DNA of 64,000 bases from Anthoceros angustus (lineage: Eukaryota; Plantae; Anthocerotophyta), in contig MU008159.1 in assembly GCA_010909165.1 (NCBI GenBank), forward strand, positions 1,054,001 to 1,118,000, in the 5' to 3' direction. The translations under genes were made by a program, and so were the position numbers. Each line of letters opens with the position of its first letter. Position 1 is the first letter of the stretch. Below the pieces are notes generated by a model. It made no database searches. It was not told the origin of the DNA and saw nothing but the letters and a program-made list of their open reading frames with translations. Positions 12,901 to 24,775 of this stretch are shown piece by piece.

Positions 12901-13983
12901 CCTCCATAAGTTTCACGATGCGTTAATTTTGTTACGAAATCTTAAAATAATTAGGTCTACGGTCGAACGTAGGCGAACACAAGGCACGGTGGGCGGGCTC
13001 CTGCCAAGTGGGCTGATGGTTGGGCGGGGTGCTGACCGGGTGGGCTGGTGGCCGGGCGGACTCGCCAGCCTAGGGCATCAGGCAGTAAACCAATCTTCAG
13101 ACTAAATAGTGAATAGCTGTTGGGTAAGTTTACATACATATCATGTTAGTTGTAAAAAAATGCACCTATATTCAAATTTAGATATAAATAATTTGAAAAA
13201 TAATTTTTTAAAAAATGAAAATTATTTTTCTAGAAAATTCCGTCCCTCAAAAATTAACAAAAGCGTTTCGAAACCTTACAACCCGTATCCAACGTTGCAT
13301 TTCCAACTAAGATGGAGTAGGATGCTTTTAATATTTTTAAAATCTAATGATTTCAAGTGATTACTAGTGAGCACTAAGAAGAGGTGCAAGGTGCAAGGCG
13401 GGCGAGGGGAGGAGGCTGGAAGGGGAGGAGGCGTGAGCTTGGAGGGATGCGGGTTTTCTTTTTAGCATTCAAGTTTATTTCACTAGGGCAAATTGCCTTA
13501 TACCATTACAAACAACCCTACCGGCGGGAACCCTAAGCATGCGCGAGCTCCCTAGACTCAAGTCTAATCCCCTTCAACCCAAACAAATTTGACCCTGTAC
13601 CATGGACACTAGTACTGTAGGAACCGAGCCATCACCTCGTTGATGACAAAAAATTTCGAGGGGGGGGGGTGAGTTTGAATCCATTCATTCAGCCGTTCAT
13701 TCAAGATTCTTTTGGGGGGATTTCTCCATTCAAAACACAGTCTGGGATGCAATGGACCTAAAATGGAGAATTTCAATAGTGTTAATAAAAATACCCTTCA
13801 CCTAAAAAAAGATTTATTCAATTTTAATGATTAAAAATATTTTCCAAGTAGCCTAATAATTGGGACCAGGCAATGCAAAAGGCCCCATGAGCATGAACAC
13901 ACAATGCCCAGTTGTGCACAGAGACTCTTTTGAGATTTTTCCTTCAAGTAATTAAATTTAATATAAAATTGTGTTTTTGAAGG
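9980..13983 (+). repeat. Segmental duplication, copy 2 of the block at 1-3962
   Basis: Collinear near-identity with 1-3962. Confidence 0.9.
11530..12099 (+). pseudogene. Gnk2/DUF26-like type A pseudogene, copy 2
   Basis: Duplicate of 1571-2135 with the same G*VNC stop; ends CPPPWPEVDIYP*. Confidence 0.8.
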
Positions 13984-14097
13984 TTGACTATGGTCTAGAG
14001 CAAAACTAATTGATTTTGATGTGCAAAACTAGGATTTTGAACTAGACCAAATGTGAGCTATAATTGAATGCACCAAACAGTCCACAATGATGATGAT

Positions 14098-14362
14098 GAT
14101 ATACAATATATTTTCAGTTCATACAATAACATAGCCTAGTGATAAGGGCCTAGGCCTCCCAATCTATTTTCGTTCATACAATAACATAGCCTAGTGGTAA
14201 AGGCCTAGGCCTCCCAATCTATTTTTAGTTCATACAATAACATAGCCTAGTGGTAAGGGCCTAGGCCTCCCAATCTATTTTCAGTTCATACAATAACATA
14301 GCCTAGTGGTAGGGCCTAGGCCTCCCAATCGGGAGGGCTCGGGCCCGCAATTTGTCGGCACT
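14098..14362 (+). repeat. ~59-bp x4 tRNA-like tandem array, copy 2
   Basis: Same unit as 4886-5150; last unit continues gcctcccaatcgggagggctcgggcccgcaatttgtcgg, resembling a degenerate tRNA 3' half. Confidence 0.6.
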
Positions 14363-14619
14363 ACGCTCGATATTGGTTCGGCACTTGCTTGCCAAACCCT
14401 TAATTTATTTTGGAAAAACGCGGTGTGGCGGGCGATTGCGAGTTAAATTAGGCGTTTTCACCAATTTTCCAAGGAATCCGAGTTTTAATTTTGGCATCAA
14501 AAGTATTAATTAATTAACGCCGAACCGATATCAGCTTACGGTAGTGAGGCGAGAGGTATGCTCACAACTGTGGCGACTTAAACGCATTTGGGCCAAGTGA
14601 GCGTGGCGTAATTGTCGTC

Positions 14620-14767
14620 GATAATCGTCGTCGATAAGTACAATACTATGATAGGAAAATATGCTTCTCGAGTGTCGCCTAACTTATCACTATTTTCCTT
14701 CAAAGACAATAGTGACACCTTCTGCCCTCAACCATGGCCAGAAAATGGTATATATCCATCAGTGTAA
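14620..14767 (+). pseudogene. 3' fragment of a Gnk2/DUF26-like paralog
   Basis: DKYNTMIGKYAS.ECRLTYHYF.FKDNSDTFCPQPWPENGIYPSV*. Confidence 0.7.
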
Positions 14768-16978
14768 CAATGAACATATTTTTCTTTAAGAAACCGAAGG
14801 CAAAAGTTATGGATTTAGAATTACGAATACGATATTTAGCAATCCATATTGACTTGTGTGATGTTTCCTAACAAAGTAGCATTGTAGTTGAAGTTATTGA
14901 GGTAAGATTTCCTGGTCCTAGTAGTCGGGCAACTACGACCTTGAAATGCACAAGGCGCCCGCTTAATACCTAGGTATCGAGCAGGACCATCGCCTTCAAG
15001 CAACAACACCGCAAAAGGAGCTCGTCTTCTCTTTTTGCTCGATTGTTCGAAGACCTATGTTTTCATTCATACATTCAAGCATTCATTCTTCTTCATTTTG
15101 GGGCATTCATATATTCAACCAATTAATTTCTTTTCACAATCTCTTTAAGGGACACTCGTGAAAATATCTCTTGAAGAAAGTCATATTTATTATAAATTTT
15201 TGAAGCAAAGAAGTGGGGTCTGTATAGAATTGGACTCAATTTGGTGTTTGTGAAAATAAAGGACGAGAAAAAAACTAGCATTTTCTTTCCTGTGCTCTCG
15301 AAAAAGTTCACAGATTCATGAAATCTCAAGATGTACCAACCTCTTCTGTATATAGCATTTGACTAAATAACATATTTGGTGTAAGGTGTGGGAAATGTTG
15401 CACAAAAGCACCTCCTACCAACAAGGGGGTCGATGATTGTTTAAAGAATGTGGTTGGGATACCTTTTAAGCATATAAAATGTTGCATATATTTTTAAATT
15501 CTATACATGTAGGAGCTAATTTGAGGTTGGCAAGGAATAGGGAGTTTGACGTTGGGATACCTTTTAAGCATATAAAATGTTGCATATATTTTTAAATTCT
15601 ATACACGTAGGAGCTAATTTGAGGTTGGCAAGGAATAGGGAGTTAGACGGGATTCTGGATTGATACTACAGATGGTTCGTACCCAGGAAAAAAACGACAA
15701 AAAGGAAAAGACATTAATATGGAGGAGGCACTATAGTAGAAGTAGTAAGGGGTGGTCAGGCCAAAACGACTCCACGCTGGAATCAGGCGCGCTGCCACTT
15801 GATGTGCACTAAGGAAGGTTAGAGTTTAACAACTCCGACCTTCCTTAGCTGGTAGTTGACTGGACTGTCATACACTAGTTGAGTACTCGGGAAGGGTGTA
15901 TTACAACTATATATCGTTGTTTTGTGTACTCAGAAACATATGATATTGCTATTTTGTACACTCAAAAACATATGATTGAGGGAGCAGTTCTTCCAAAAGT
16001 ATAATTTAATGTTAGGACTATGTTTGACAGTCAATCAACTACTGTACTTGTTTGCATGCGGGTGCCCGCGTAAGGGCACGGGGACCTGATGGGGGCCATC
16101 TAACCTCTCAAATAAACATCACACATGCATTAGGACCTTGTATTTTGGTCATATTACAATAATATAAGATAGGTAAACATTACTATACCTGTTGCCCCAT
16201 GGATTCGGAAGTGAGCGGACCTTTGTATGAGATGATTGCACATATACATCATGTAAAACTTTATGAGTCGAAGATAACTTGCCACATCTAAATTGGGATA
16301 TGTTAAGGATTATTGTGCTTTGTATACTAAAAATCCCCCTTGGCAAATAAGACTATGTTTAGTTCTAAAAAAAAGAAAAGTATGATTCTATTTTTCAAAA
16401 ATGAGTTAAATGCTCAATGTGTGGACATGTTGTTTCACAAAACATCAAACCGGCCTTGTCATAATTGCGTCTTGAGTTCAGTTAAGATTTGAGAAAGAAT
16501 TTTAGCTTTTGTACGTATTGAATATTTCAACAACCAAAGCTTTTTTTATCAGGTGTATTGCACCATAAGGCTATGATGCGGACCTCACTGTACACCATAA
16601 AAGTGTTTCAGAGAAAAGTAAACAACGCTAAATAGAGCTAATACCCTCTAGGTTCATAATGAGGAATGTAAATAGCCCATGCATGCTAATTTTGCACATT
16701 ATTAGAATAGTTTGTAGTGCTAAATACTGGAAAGAACTTCCACGCTTTTTATCTATCGCATATTTATAAAAATACGGATTCATTTGATACCTGGTTTAGA
16801 ATCTATTGGTAGTTGTCCATTCCTTGACCTTTCGTTTACCTAGATGTACCTTGATGGGACCATGACAACCTCCTCAATATCTTCACATCACACATCACGC
16901 CTACAATTGTGTCCTCTTGGTAGGATTTTTTTTTTACATCTTGCTTTATACTTCTCTTAGAGTGTTGGAGAGGTAGAA

Positions 16979-17558
16979 ATGAAGTTGAAGTACTGTTTTA
17001 TATCTATGGCACCAAATAAGATTAAAAAACTCTATTCTTTTGAGCTTCATGGTTTCTTCACCTTGTTCCTATTTCTATACATGTCACATCCTATCACAGG
17101 GGAAAGATGGGATGTTAATCCCACAATTGGGCGAACCTATTTAACTCATAAATGTGACGGAGATCCTCTTAGATCTTGACACTTGTTTTCGCTACAACGG
17201 TACACAAAAATGCTAGCTATGGAGGCTATTAACGCGTACCCCGAACCTTCAACATTGAGTACAACTGAGTTTTTTGGTCGTGCCGATTGCTTGGGCTATC
17301 ATGAAATGCAAGGTAACGGGGGTATTGTTGGAGGAGTTGATTGTGCCTTATGTCTGGCGTATATACGTATTAGACTTCACACACTATTGCAAGAATCAAT
17401 TAGCAACAATAGTTGATCATACTCTTGATAAGTACCAGGATATGATAGGAAAATATGCTTCTACAGAGTGTCTTCTAACTTATCAATATTTTCCCTTGAA
17501 AAATAATAGAGGTATGTTTTGTCCCGAACCGTGGCCAGGAGATGGTACATACTCTTGA
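16979..17558 (+). pseudogene. Near-intact Gnk2/DUF26-like secreted protein (type C) with one TGA and one frameshift
   Basis: Hydrophobic signal-like segment, NPTIGRTYLTHKCDG, TGA at 17177-17179, FFGRADC-X17-CALC, frameshift in the cacacac run near 17385, YCKNQ...IGKYASTECLLTYQYFP...CPEPWP. Confidence 0.8.
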
Positions 17559-18305
17559 ATTTTACTTGGCCACGAGATGGTACATACCCTTGAATTTTAC
17601 CTGGCCACGAGATGGTACATACCCTTGAATTTTAACACTGTAATAGAAAAACATGTTTTAGCTAGAAGTCCAAGCTCAAGTAAGTAGGGTACCATCTCCT
17701 TGAATTCTACCGATGTAATAAAAAGACATGTTTTAGGTGGATGTCTTACTAGGCAGAAGCCCAAACTCTCACTATTTCAATTGAAAGTTAAAATGCACTA
17801 TCATAACTATAATAAATATCACCATATGATAACTACTTCAAAGTATATATAGCATATGTTGTGCATATACACTACAAAGATATTTGGTGAATATTTGCAT
17901 ATTTCTCTGTGAAATGAAAATACCAAAATATTCTATTCACTTTTGAATAAAAATAAAAATATCTTTTGCACCCTTTCAAATATACAACAAACAAATTTGT
18001 GCCAGAACCCAATGTGCTATTTGGAGTACATCTAGTCATATAAAGTGGAGTCAAATTGGACCCTCCAAGTAAAGATCAGGAGTGCTTGAATTTAGTATTT
18101 TTGCAAAGATGTGGAACTCGAACAACGAAGTTACTATAAGACTTCAATTTTCCCTTTGCAAAGAATTGCGTGTATCGTAGTGTCTTTTAGGAAGTGATTT
18201 TTTGTTTGTCTATTTTTACATCTTCTATGAAGATATACATTTCAATATTTGATCGTATTACACTTAAGCCTTGGTCTGCATTTTATCAATACAAAGATAA
18301 AAAAA

Positions 18306-18905
18306 ATGAGATCATGTTCAAGTCAATTCGAGCTTTATTTGTTCTTCAACTTTTTCTTGTTGCTTAGCATACTATGTTGTACTACGTGGGGTGCATCCAG
18401 TTTAGTAGGTGTACCTGCTTATTTGGCACAAGCGACAACTAATCCAACAATTGGAAAAATCTATTTGGCACACGAGTGTGAAGGACCAACAGTCGGATAC
18501 AACCACATGGTTGTGCTTCAAGCTCATACAAAGACACTGGTTAATCTTGCAGCATTAGCATATCCGGAGCCTTTCATTCTCACAAGACCAGACTTTTTTG
18601 GCAGTGCTAATTGTGAAGGTTATTCCAAAAATCGACTATACAATGTTAAACTTGCCCTAGTAGATTGTGCTTTGTGTCTAGCACATGCTAGGATTCAACT
18701 TCATGTAGAACTATGCGGTAACAGGCTAGTAGCTATACAAGATGATGCAGGACGTAATGTAAAATATGATTACTTCAATAGAGTTATAGGAAAATATGCT
18801 TCTACCGACTGTGTGATAGTTTATCAATATTTTCCTAATAGGGATAATCATAATGACGCAGATGCTTGTCTAGTACCATGGCCTACAGAGGATATATATC
18901 CATAA
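18306..18905 (+). CDS. Secreted single-domain Gnk2/DUF26-like Cys-rich protein (199 aa, intronless), with atypical C-X17-C-X2-C spacing
   Basis: ATG at 18306; signal-like LYLFFNFFLLLSILCCTTWG; FFGSANC ~ Gnk2 AYGRATC; DCALCLAHARIQLHVELC ~ DCTACLSNLVNRIFSIC; STDCVIVYQYFP ~ VDCFIQYEQRSF. Confidence 0.8.
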   Translation: MRSCSSQFELYLFFNFFLLLSILCCTTWGASSLVGVPAYLAQATTNPTIGKIYLAHECEGPTVGYNHMVVLQAHTKTLVNLAALAYPEPFILTRPDFFGSANCEGYSKNRLYNVKLALVDCALCLAHARIQLHVELCGNRLVAIQDDAGRNVKYDYFNRVIGKYASTDCVIVYQYFPNRDNHNDADACLVPWPTEDIYP

Positions 18906-19179
18906 ACGGTTTTGGTTAATAATATCCTATACAAGATAAAATTTACAATCTTAGATTTCATAAGTGAGTGTACGAAGTATAATTGCCAATGTGCTTCTCC
19001 GGGAGTCAATAACAATTATAGGAACTTTCATGTATTTTGTAAATGAAGATCCTCTATAGTCCATATCTATAGAGATGTGAGGTGGAATAAGTGAGTGAAT
19101 TGATTGATAGATTTTTCAACTTCATTGCCTTGGCTGCAATTTACCATAGCTGACTAGCTAGGTAGCTCGCTACCAGGCG

Positions 19180-20280
19180 AGTCACAAACATGGTGACGTG
19201 CTCAATTCCCTTGTCACAAACATGGTGGCGTGACATGGTGACGTGCTCAATTCCCTTGTCACAAACATGGTGGCGTGCTCAATTCCCTTGACACAAACAT
19301 GGCACCTGGCATGCTCAATTCCCTTGTGGAGTTGGTATAGCGCGACCCTTATTACTACTACTACGATGTTGGGCTTAACCACCATAGCTAGCTAGCTAGG
19401 TAGCTCGGGCTTAACCACCATAGCTGGCTAGCTAGGTAGCTTGGTGGCGTGCTCAATTCCCTTGTCACAAACATGGTGGCGTGCTCAATTCCCTTGTGGA
19501 GTTGGCATAGCGCGACCCTTATTACTACTACTACGATGTTGGGCTTAACCATCATAGCTGGCTAGCTAGGTAGCTCGGGCTTAACCACCATAGCTGGCTA
19601 GCTAGGTAGCTCGGTGGCGTGCTCAATTCCCTTGTCACAAACATGGTGGCGTACGCCACCATGTTTGTGACAAGAACTACAACAAAAAAACGTTACATAG
19701 GCAGCAGGTTTCTAGTAGTGCGTGCTCAATTCCCTTGTGGAGTTGGTATAGCGCAGCCCTTTACTACTACTACAATATTCGATCACAATATGAAGTGTGT
19801 GTGTGTATGTTTTGAGGAGTCTACATGGTGGCGTGCTCAATTCCCTTGTGGAGTTGGCATAGCGCGGTCCTTTTTCCTACGGAGTCTACATGATGGCGTG
19901 CTCAATTCCCTTGTGGAGTTGGTATAGCTCGTCCCTTTATTACTACTACGATGTTGTATTCGATCCCAATATGGAGTCTGCATAGCACGGCCATTGCATA
20001 GCTTAATTCCCTTGTGGAGTTGGTACAGCGCGGCCCTTTACTACTACTACGATGTTGTATTCGATCCCAATATGGAGTCTCCATAGCACGGCCACTATTA
20101 CTACATCACTTTTCGGCGCTATGCACGGCCATTACTACTATGCTACTTTTCGGTGTTACAAAAAGGGAGAAAAATGTAGTACTGAGACAACCATCTTTTA
20201 CTAGTGCAGTGCGAATAGGATGTTGTATTCAATCCCAATATGGAGTCCGTATAGCACGACCATTACTACTACTAATACTG
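19180..20280. repeat. Irregular minisatellite array with core ggcgtgctcaattcccttgt; possibly CACTA subterminal repeats
   Basis: About 10 copies of the core motif with variable linkers; CACTA-like termini at 19675-19720 and ~20196-20206. Confidence 0.7.
19675..19720. mobile_element. Minimal CACTA remnant with both terminal motifs
   Basis: Begins (a)ACTACAACAAAAAA and ends TTTCTAGTAGTG (reverse complement CACTACTAGAAA). Confidence 0.5.
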
Positions 20281-20994
20281 CTACTCGGCTACAAGTACTA
20301 CTATAAATTACTTATTTAAATTACTTATTTAAATATGGGACATGTCATAACTTACAATTTACAAACAATATTGTCATAGAGCTCTATAAAATGCATCCAT
20401 GCTATTTCAAATGTATGTTCTAGAGTTGTTTTGGCTCTCTCTCAATCCATGCTCGTGCATTAAAACAACCTACTTTTCATGAGCACCATTCATCAAGATG
20501 AGGCCCTTCTTACTCCTCTCTTTTGCCATTATGTAGCACAGCTCTACCCCTCTCTCACCACCATTTTCATGTAATAGGACTTCTACTATGTAATTCCAAA
20601 AAAAGGCTCCACCCCCTCTCTCATCACCTCTTGCTAGCCTCTAAAATTGTTTTGCTCCTCTCTCACCACCTTTTTCGTGTAATAGGATTTATACTGAGTA
20701 GTTCCAAAAAAAGGCTCCACCCCCTCCCTCACCACCACTTGCTAGTCTCTAAAATTGTTGTGCAGCAAAGTTCGGTTACAGGGCACAAGGCAATAACTAA
20801 CTCGCCATTGTTGAGCTCTGAATACTAGCATTTTCTTAACCTAGCCTCTCTGACACACGACAGCCTTGCCAACACGGTAATTATTGCCCAGTTGGTAACC
20901 GACAACAATTATTAAGATCTTACTGGATGCGGCGGTGCGTGCATTGGTAATAGCGAAATTCTGGTCAATAGTCCATGTGTTGACGGCGGTAAAG

Positions 20995-22010
20995 CAGCAT
21001 CGCGCATCGCCGAGCGCCATCGCCGCGCCGCTGGCGTCGCTGGCGATAACGGCACCGCCTCGCGTCGCTGGCGATAACTTTCGCTCGCTGGCATCGCCGC
21101 TGGCATCGCCGCTGGCGTCGCGCGATAACTTCGCCCTTCGCGCCGCTTCGCGAGCGCCGCTCGCCGAGCATCGCCGCTTCGCCGAGCGCCGCTGCGAGCG
21201 CCGCTCGCGAGCGCCGCTCGCGAGCGCCGCTTCGCCGAGCGCCGCTCGCCGAGCATCGCCGCGAAACGCCGCTCGCGAGCATCGCTCGCCGAGCATCGCT
21301 CGCCGAGCGCCGCCGCGAGCGCCGCTCGCGAGCGCCGCTCGCGAGCGCCGCTTCGCGAAACGCCGCTTCGCGAGCGCCGCTTCGCGAGCATCGCCGCCGA
21401 GCGCCGCCAGCATCGCTTCGCGAGCATCGCCGCGCCGCCGCGAGCGCCGCTTCGCGCCGCTCGCGAGCGCCGCTTCGCGAGCATCGCTGCGCCCGAGCGC
21501 CGCTTCGCGAAACGCCGCTTCGCGAGCGCCGCTTCGCCGAGCGCCAGTATCGCCGCCAGCATCGCTTCGCCGAGCGCCGCTCGCGAGCGCCGCTTCGCGA
21601 GCGCCGCCGCATCGCCGCTGCGAGCGCCGCCGCCGAGCGCCGCTCGCCGCCGCTTCGCCGAGCGCCGCTCGCGAGCATCGCTGCCGAGCGCCGCTCGCCG
21701 AGCGCCGCTGCGACGCCGCTCGCGAGCGCGCCGCCGAGCATCGCCGCGAGCATCGCTTCGCGCGCCGCTTCGCGAACGCCGCTGCGCCGAGCATCCATCG
21801 CCGCGCCGCTTCGCCGAGCGCCGCTGCGCCGAGCATCCATCGCCAGCATCGCCGCCGAGCATCGCTCGCCGAGCATCGCCGCGAGCGCCGCTCGCGAGCA
21901 TCGCCGCTGGCATCGCTCGCGCATCCATCGCTGGCATCGCCGCGCATCCATCGCGCGCATCGCCGCATCGCTGGCATCCATCGCCGCCGAGCATCCATCG
22001 CCAGCATCAC
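20995..22010. repeat. Very GC/CpG-rich degenerate minisatellite (gccgagcgccgctcgcgagc / gcatcgcc units)
   Basis: Low-complexity repeat; ORFs open in several frames on both strands because stop codons are absent. Confidence 0.9.
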
Positions 22011-22646
22011 ACTAAGCCCGGCCTGACCTATCTAGTGTACACACGAGATCATAGCTTGTAACAACGGAGGAGTAGCTCGCACATCGTGGCACAAACACAC
22101 TCTCCCCACGAGAACAACACGCAAATTCCTCACATCGCCGCTCTCGAATTGTGGCTTTGGCCTCCTCACAACGCTCTTGCATTGCATATCTAGAGGACAA
22201 GCTATGATCACTGTGTAACTCAATGGAAGGTCTATATATACTAGACCACGGCATCGGCATATTCCTAAGATATCCTATTGGCATCGGCATATGCGAAATA
22301 TCCTAAGAATACACTATACTATGCAAGGAATATGCCAAAGCATATTACTTGAGCTTATCCACTTAGCTATTGTATCCTAAGAATACACTATAATATGCAA
22401 GGAATATGCCAAAGCATATTACTTGAGCTTATCCACTTAGCTATTGCTAACCATGTTTAATTAACACTAATCAATGCTTAATTAACATAAGCACCCTAGA
22501 TTAATTAACACTAATGAATGCTTAATTAACATAAGCATCTTAGATTAATTAACACTAATTACTTACTTAAATATAAGTAATTGGATTAATTAACACTAAT
22601 CAAACACTAAACCCAAGTGCAGAGATTAGTATCACAGGGCATGACA
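22010..22646 (-). mobile_element. LTR-like terminal segment starting TGTCATG; homologous to 48572-49220 in the opposite orientation
   Basis: The reverse complement matches 48572-49220 over ~630 bp; homology starts sharply at TG; TATA-like ctagtatatatag. Confidence 0.7.
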
Positions 22647-24494
22647 TTTCCAACAACCAGCGCCGCTCCTGGACAGCCCGTTGGAAATTCCGTATGGGTA
22701 CGTGTGCGCGTGTTACTCGTTCCATCGGACGTCGGGCAGTCCATCGAACAAGCACCGGTTGGAGCGAAATTCCCCCAACCCTCCTAGGCATTCGCTTTGA
22801 TGCTATGCAGATTTCTCACCAATTGTTTACAGCCGACAGAACTCGCAAATGGGCACGTACCGCTAAATTCCACTTGTGCGAGAAGTACCGGGGGGACAAC
22901 CCTACTCGCGGAACTAGGCGGGCACCCCGACACACCACTCGCCGGAGGACCAGCTAGCTGCCTAAGGCTATAACCCTGCACCACGAATTTGGCCCACCCT
23001 AGGTTCCTCACATGCACCGAGTTCTTTCTCATATATCACTGTCTACCGAGGGCAGACACCACCGGTCGAGGTTCGGCAAACCCAGACATCTAGGGACTTG
23101 TCCGCATCCTTCGACTAGACTCCGCTAGCTCCTCTTCCACTCACTTCTCATCGTCTTGGTCTCCAACCTGCAACCTTCTTTCTCTCCCATTGGTCGATCT
23201 TGCTTAGCTTGGAACGCCAACACTCCGGGGCATGCAAACCATCTGTTGCGCTTCCAGGGTTTCCGCTTCCACGTTGGGTAGGGATGTGACCTTCTAGCCG
23301 TCAACTCCACCCTCTCCGTTCCAACGGCCTCCCAATGCGTACACCGCTCAAGGCCCTTGCTTCAAAGGGGCCGGACCTTGCGCTCTCCACAACCCGCACC
23401 ACCCACCATGTATTAGCGGGGCTCGTCACCAGAGCCTAGGATTCCTTTCCCTACGTCAATCCGCCTGCTCGGTGACACGGGCAACGCGTCCACTCTCCGC
23501 AGCGTGGAGGGAAACCATGGACATGGATTCAGACTCAAAAAAGGATCCAATTACAGGGGCGGCAACCTCCCCTCTTTGCGCCTTTATGACAACCATAGCT
23601 GGCATTGTCAGCTGCCCTCTGCCAGCTAACCTAACTACTTATTATCTACTACTACACATGCGCGGAGAGATACCGGATCACCTCCACACGTGCCTACCTT
23701 TGGCGATGGCGACTCGGACATCGGCCCTCGCCAATTCCCCTTATCAGAGGCTTCGTACCCCTTACTGGCCTCGAAGGGTTGCCCAAACGGATTATTCTTG
23801 ACCCCTGCTTACCTGCAAAAGCCTACGCCTCCATTTCCCCTAAATTGGGTCACCCTCCCGGACCCATTCTAACAGGCGATCCCACCACCGCATCGTCCTC
23901 GGCTTCCGCCGATAATAGCACAGGGTTCTTGAGATTTTCCCCTTGCCTGCCGCCTTCCGTCGAGTCCTCTTACTCCTGTGAGAGGTGCTAGGTCATCACC
24001 TCCACATCTGGACTCCCTTGCTCCCGGAGTCAGTTCCCGTCCTTTGGCGCCGCTTCTCCTACCGCCGGCTCCGTCTCCTCAAATACAGATACAGAAAGGG
24101 TTATCTCGTGCAAAGACCACACACGAGGGAGGCCAGCGCGTCCAGGTGAACTGGGGCGATTTCGACTCTAATCTAGGACTTCTAATCCTACTCTTCGTCT
24201 TACATTGGGCTCTAAGCTATGGGGCCGCATATTCAGGTTTTTAGTTTGTTTAGAGTCCATAATCATGGTGCTATGTTGTCTTCCTAAGGTGCTGTGTCTT
24301 TCTAAGGTGTTGTGTCTTCCTAAGGTGCTGTGTCTTCCTAAGGTGCTGTCAGTTACGTTGCTCTTATGGTGTTTAGTGACGCTTTTTTGCTGTGGACCTC
24401 CTACTCTCCCTAGTTCTGACATACTTAGGCATTCGGGGATTTTATTCCCACGGTTGAGGTCCCACCATAACCCCCTTGTGGATGGGGACAAACT

Positions 24495-24775
24495 CTATCC
24501 ATACCCTTCATTCACAATTCTCTTAGTGCCCACTGGGAATTTGCCCAGCAACAACAGCGGTGCTGTGCCGATTTGGTCCTTCGCAATCATTGCCACAAAG
24601 AACTGGTGGTGGTCAGATCTTGCTTTCTCCGTGCTGGTGCACTCAAAGAGGAAGTGGGTTTCATCATCTACCCGTCTTTGGTCGCATCTTCTGCACAAAC
24701 GCTGCTTTCTTGGCACATGCCCTCTGCCTTTGATGATTTGAAGGTTTGAGGACCTCAATCGGAATCGAGAAGAGA
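24495..24775 (-). mobile_element. LINE ORF2 C-terminal zinc-finger fragment
   Basis: RFRLRSSNLQIIKGRGHVPRKQRLCRRCDQRRVDDETHFLFEC matches the RFR...L.I..GR...PR..R.C..C....DE.HFLF.C motif of LINE ORF2; truncated at the palindrome boundary. Confidence 0.75.

Noticed and set aside
19180-20280. Conserved core motif with variable linkers as a CRISPR-like array
   Set aside because: The linkers are themselves repeated and the spacing is irregular; this fits a satellite or subterminal repeat
20841-22026. Four 338-389 aa Ala/Arg/Ser-rich ORFs
   Set aside because: They are open in several frames on both strands only because the GC-rich minisatellite lacks stop codons; no domain is evident
22650-24160. 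GC-richer segment with short ORFs, possibly TE-derived; CTGATAAG as a hammerhead core
   Set aside because: No diagnostic protein motif; the core deviates from CUGANGA and lacks the GAAA partner and stems
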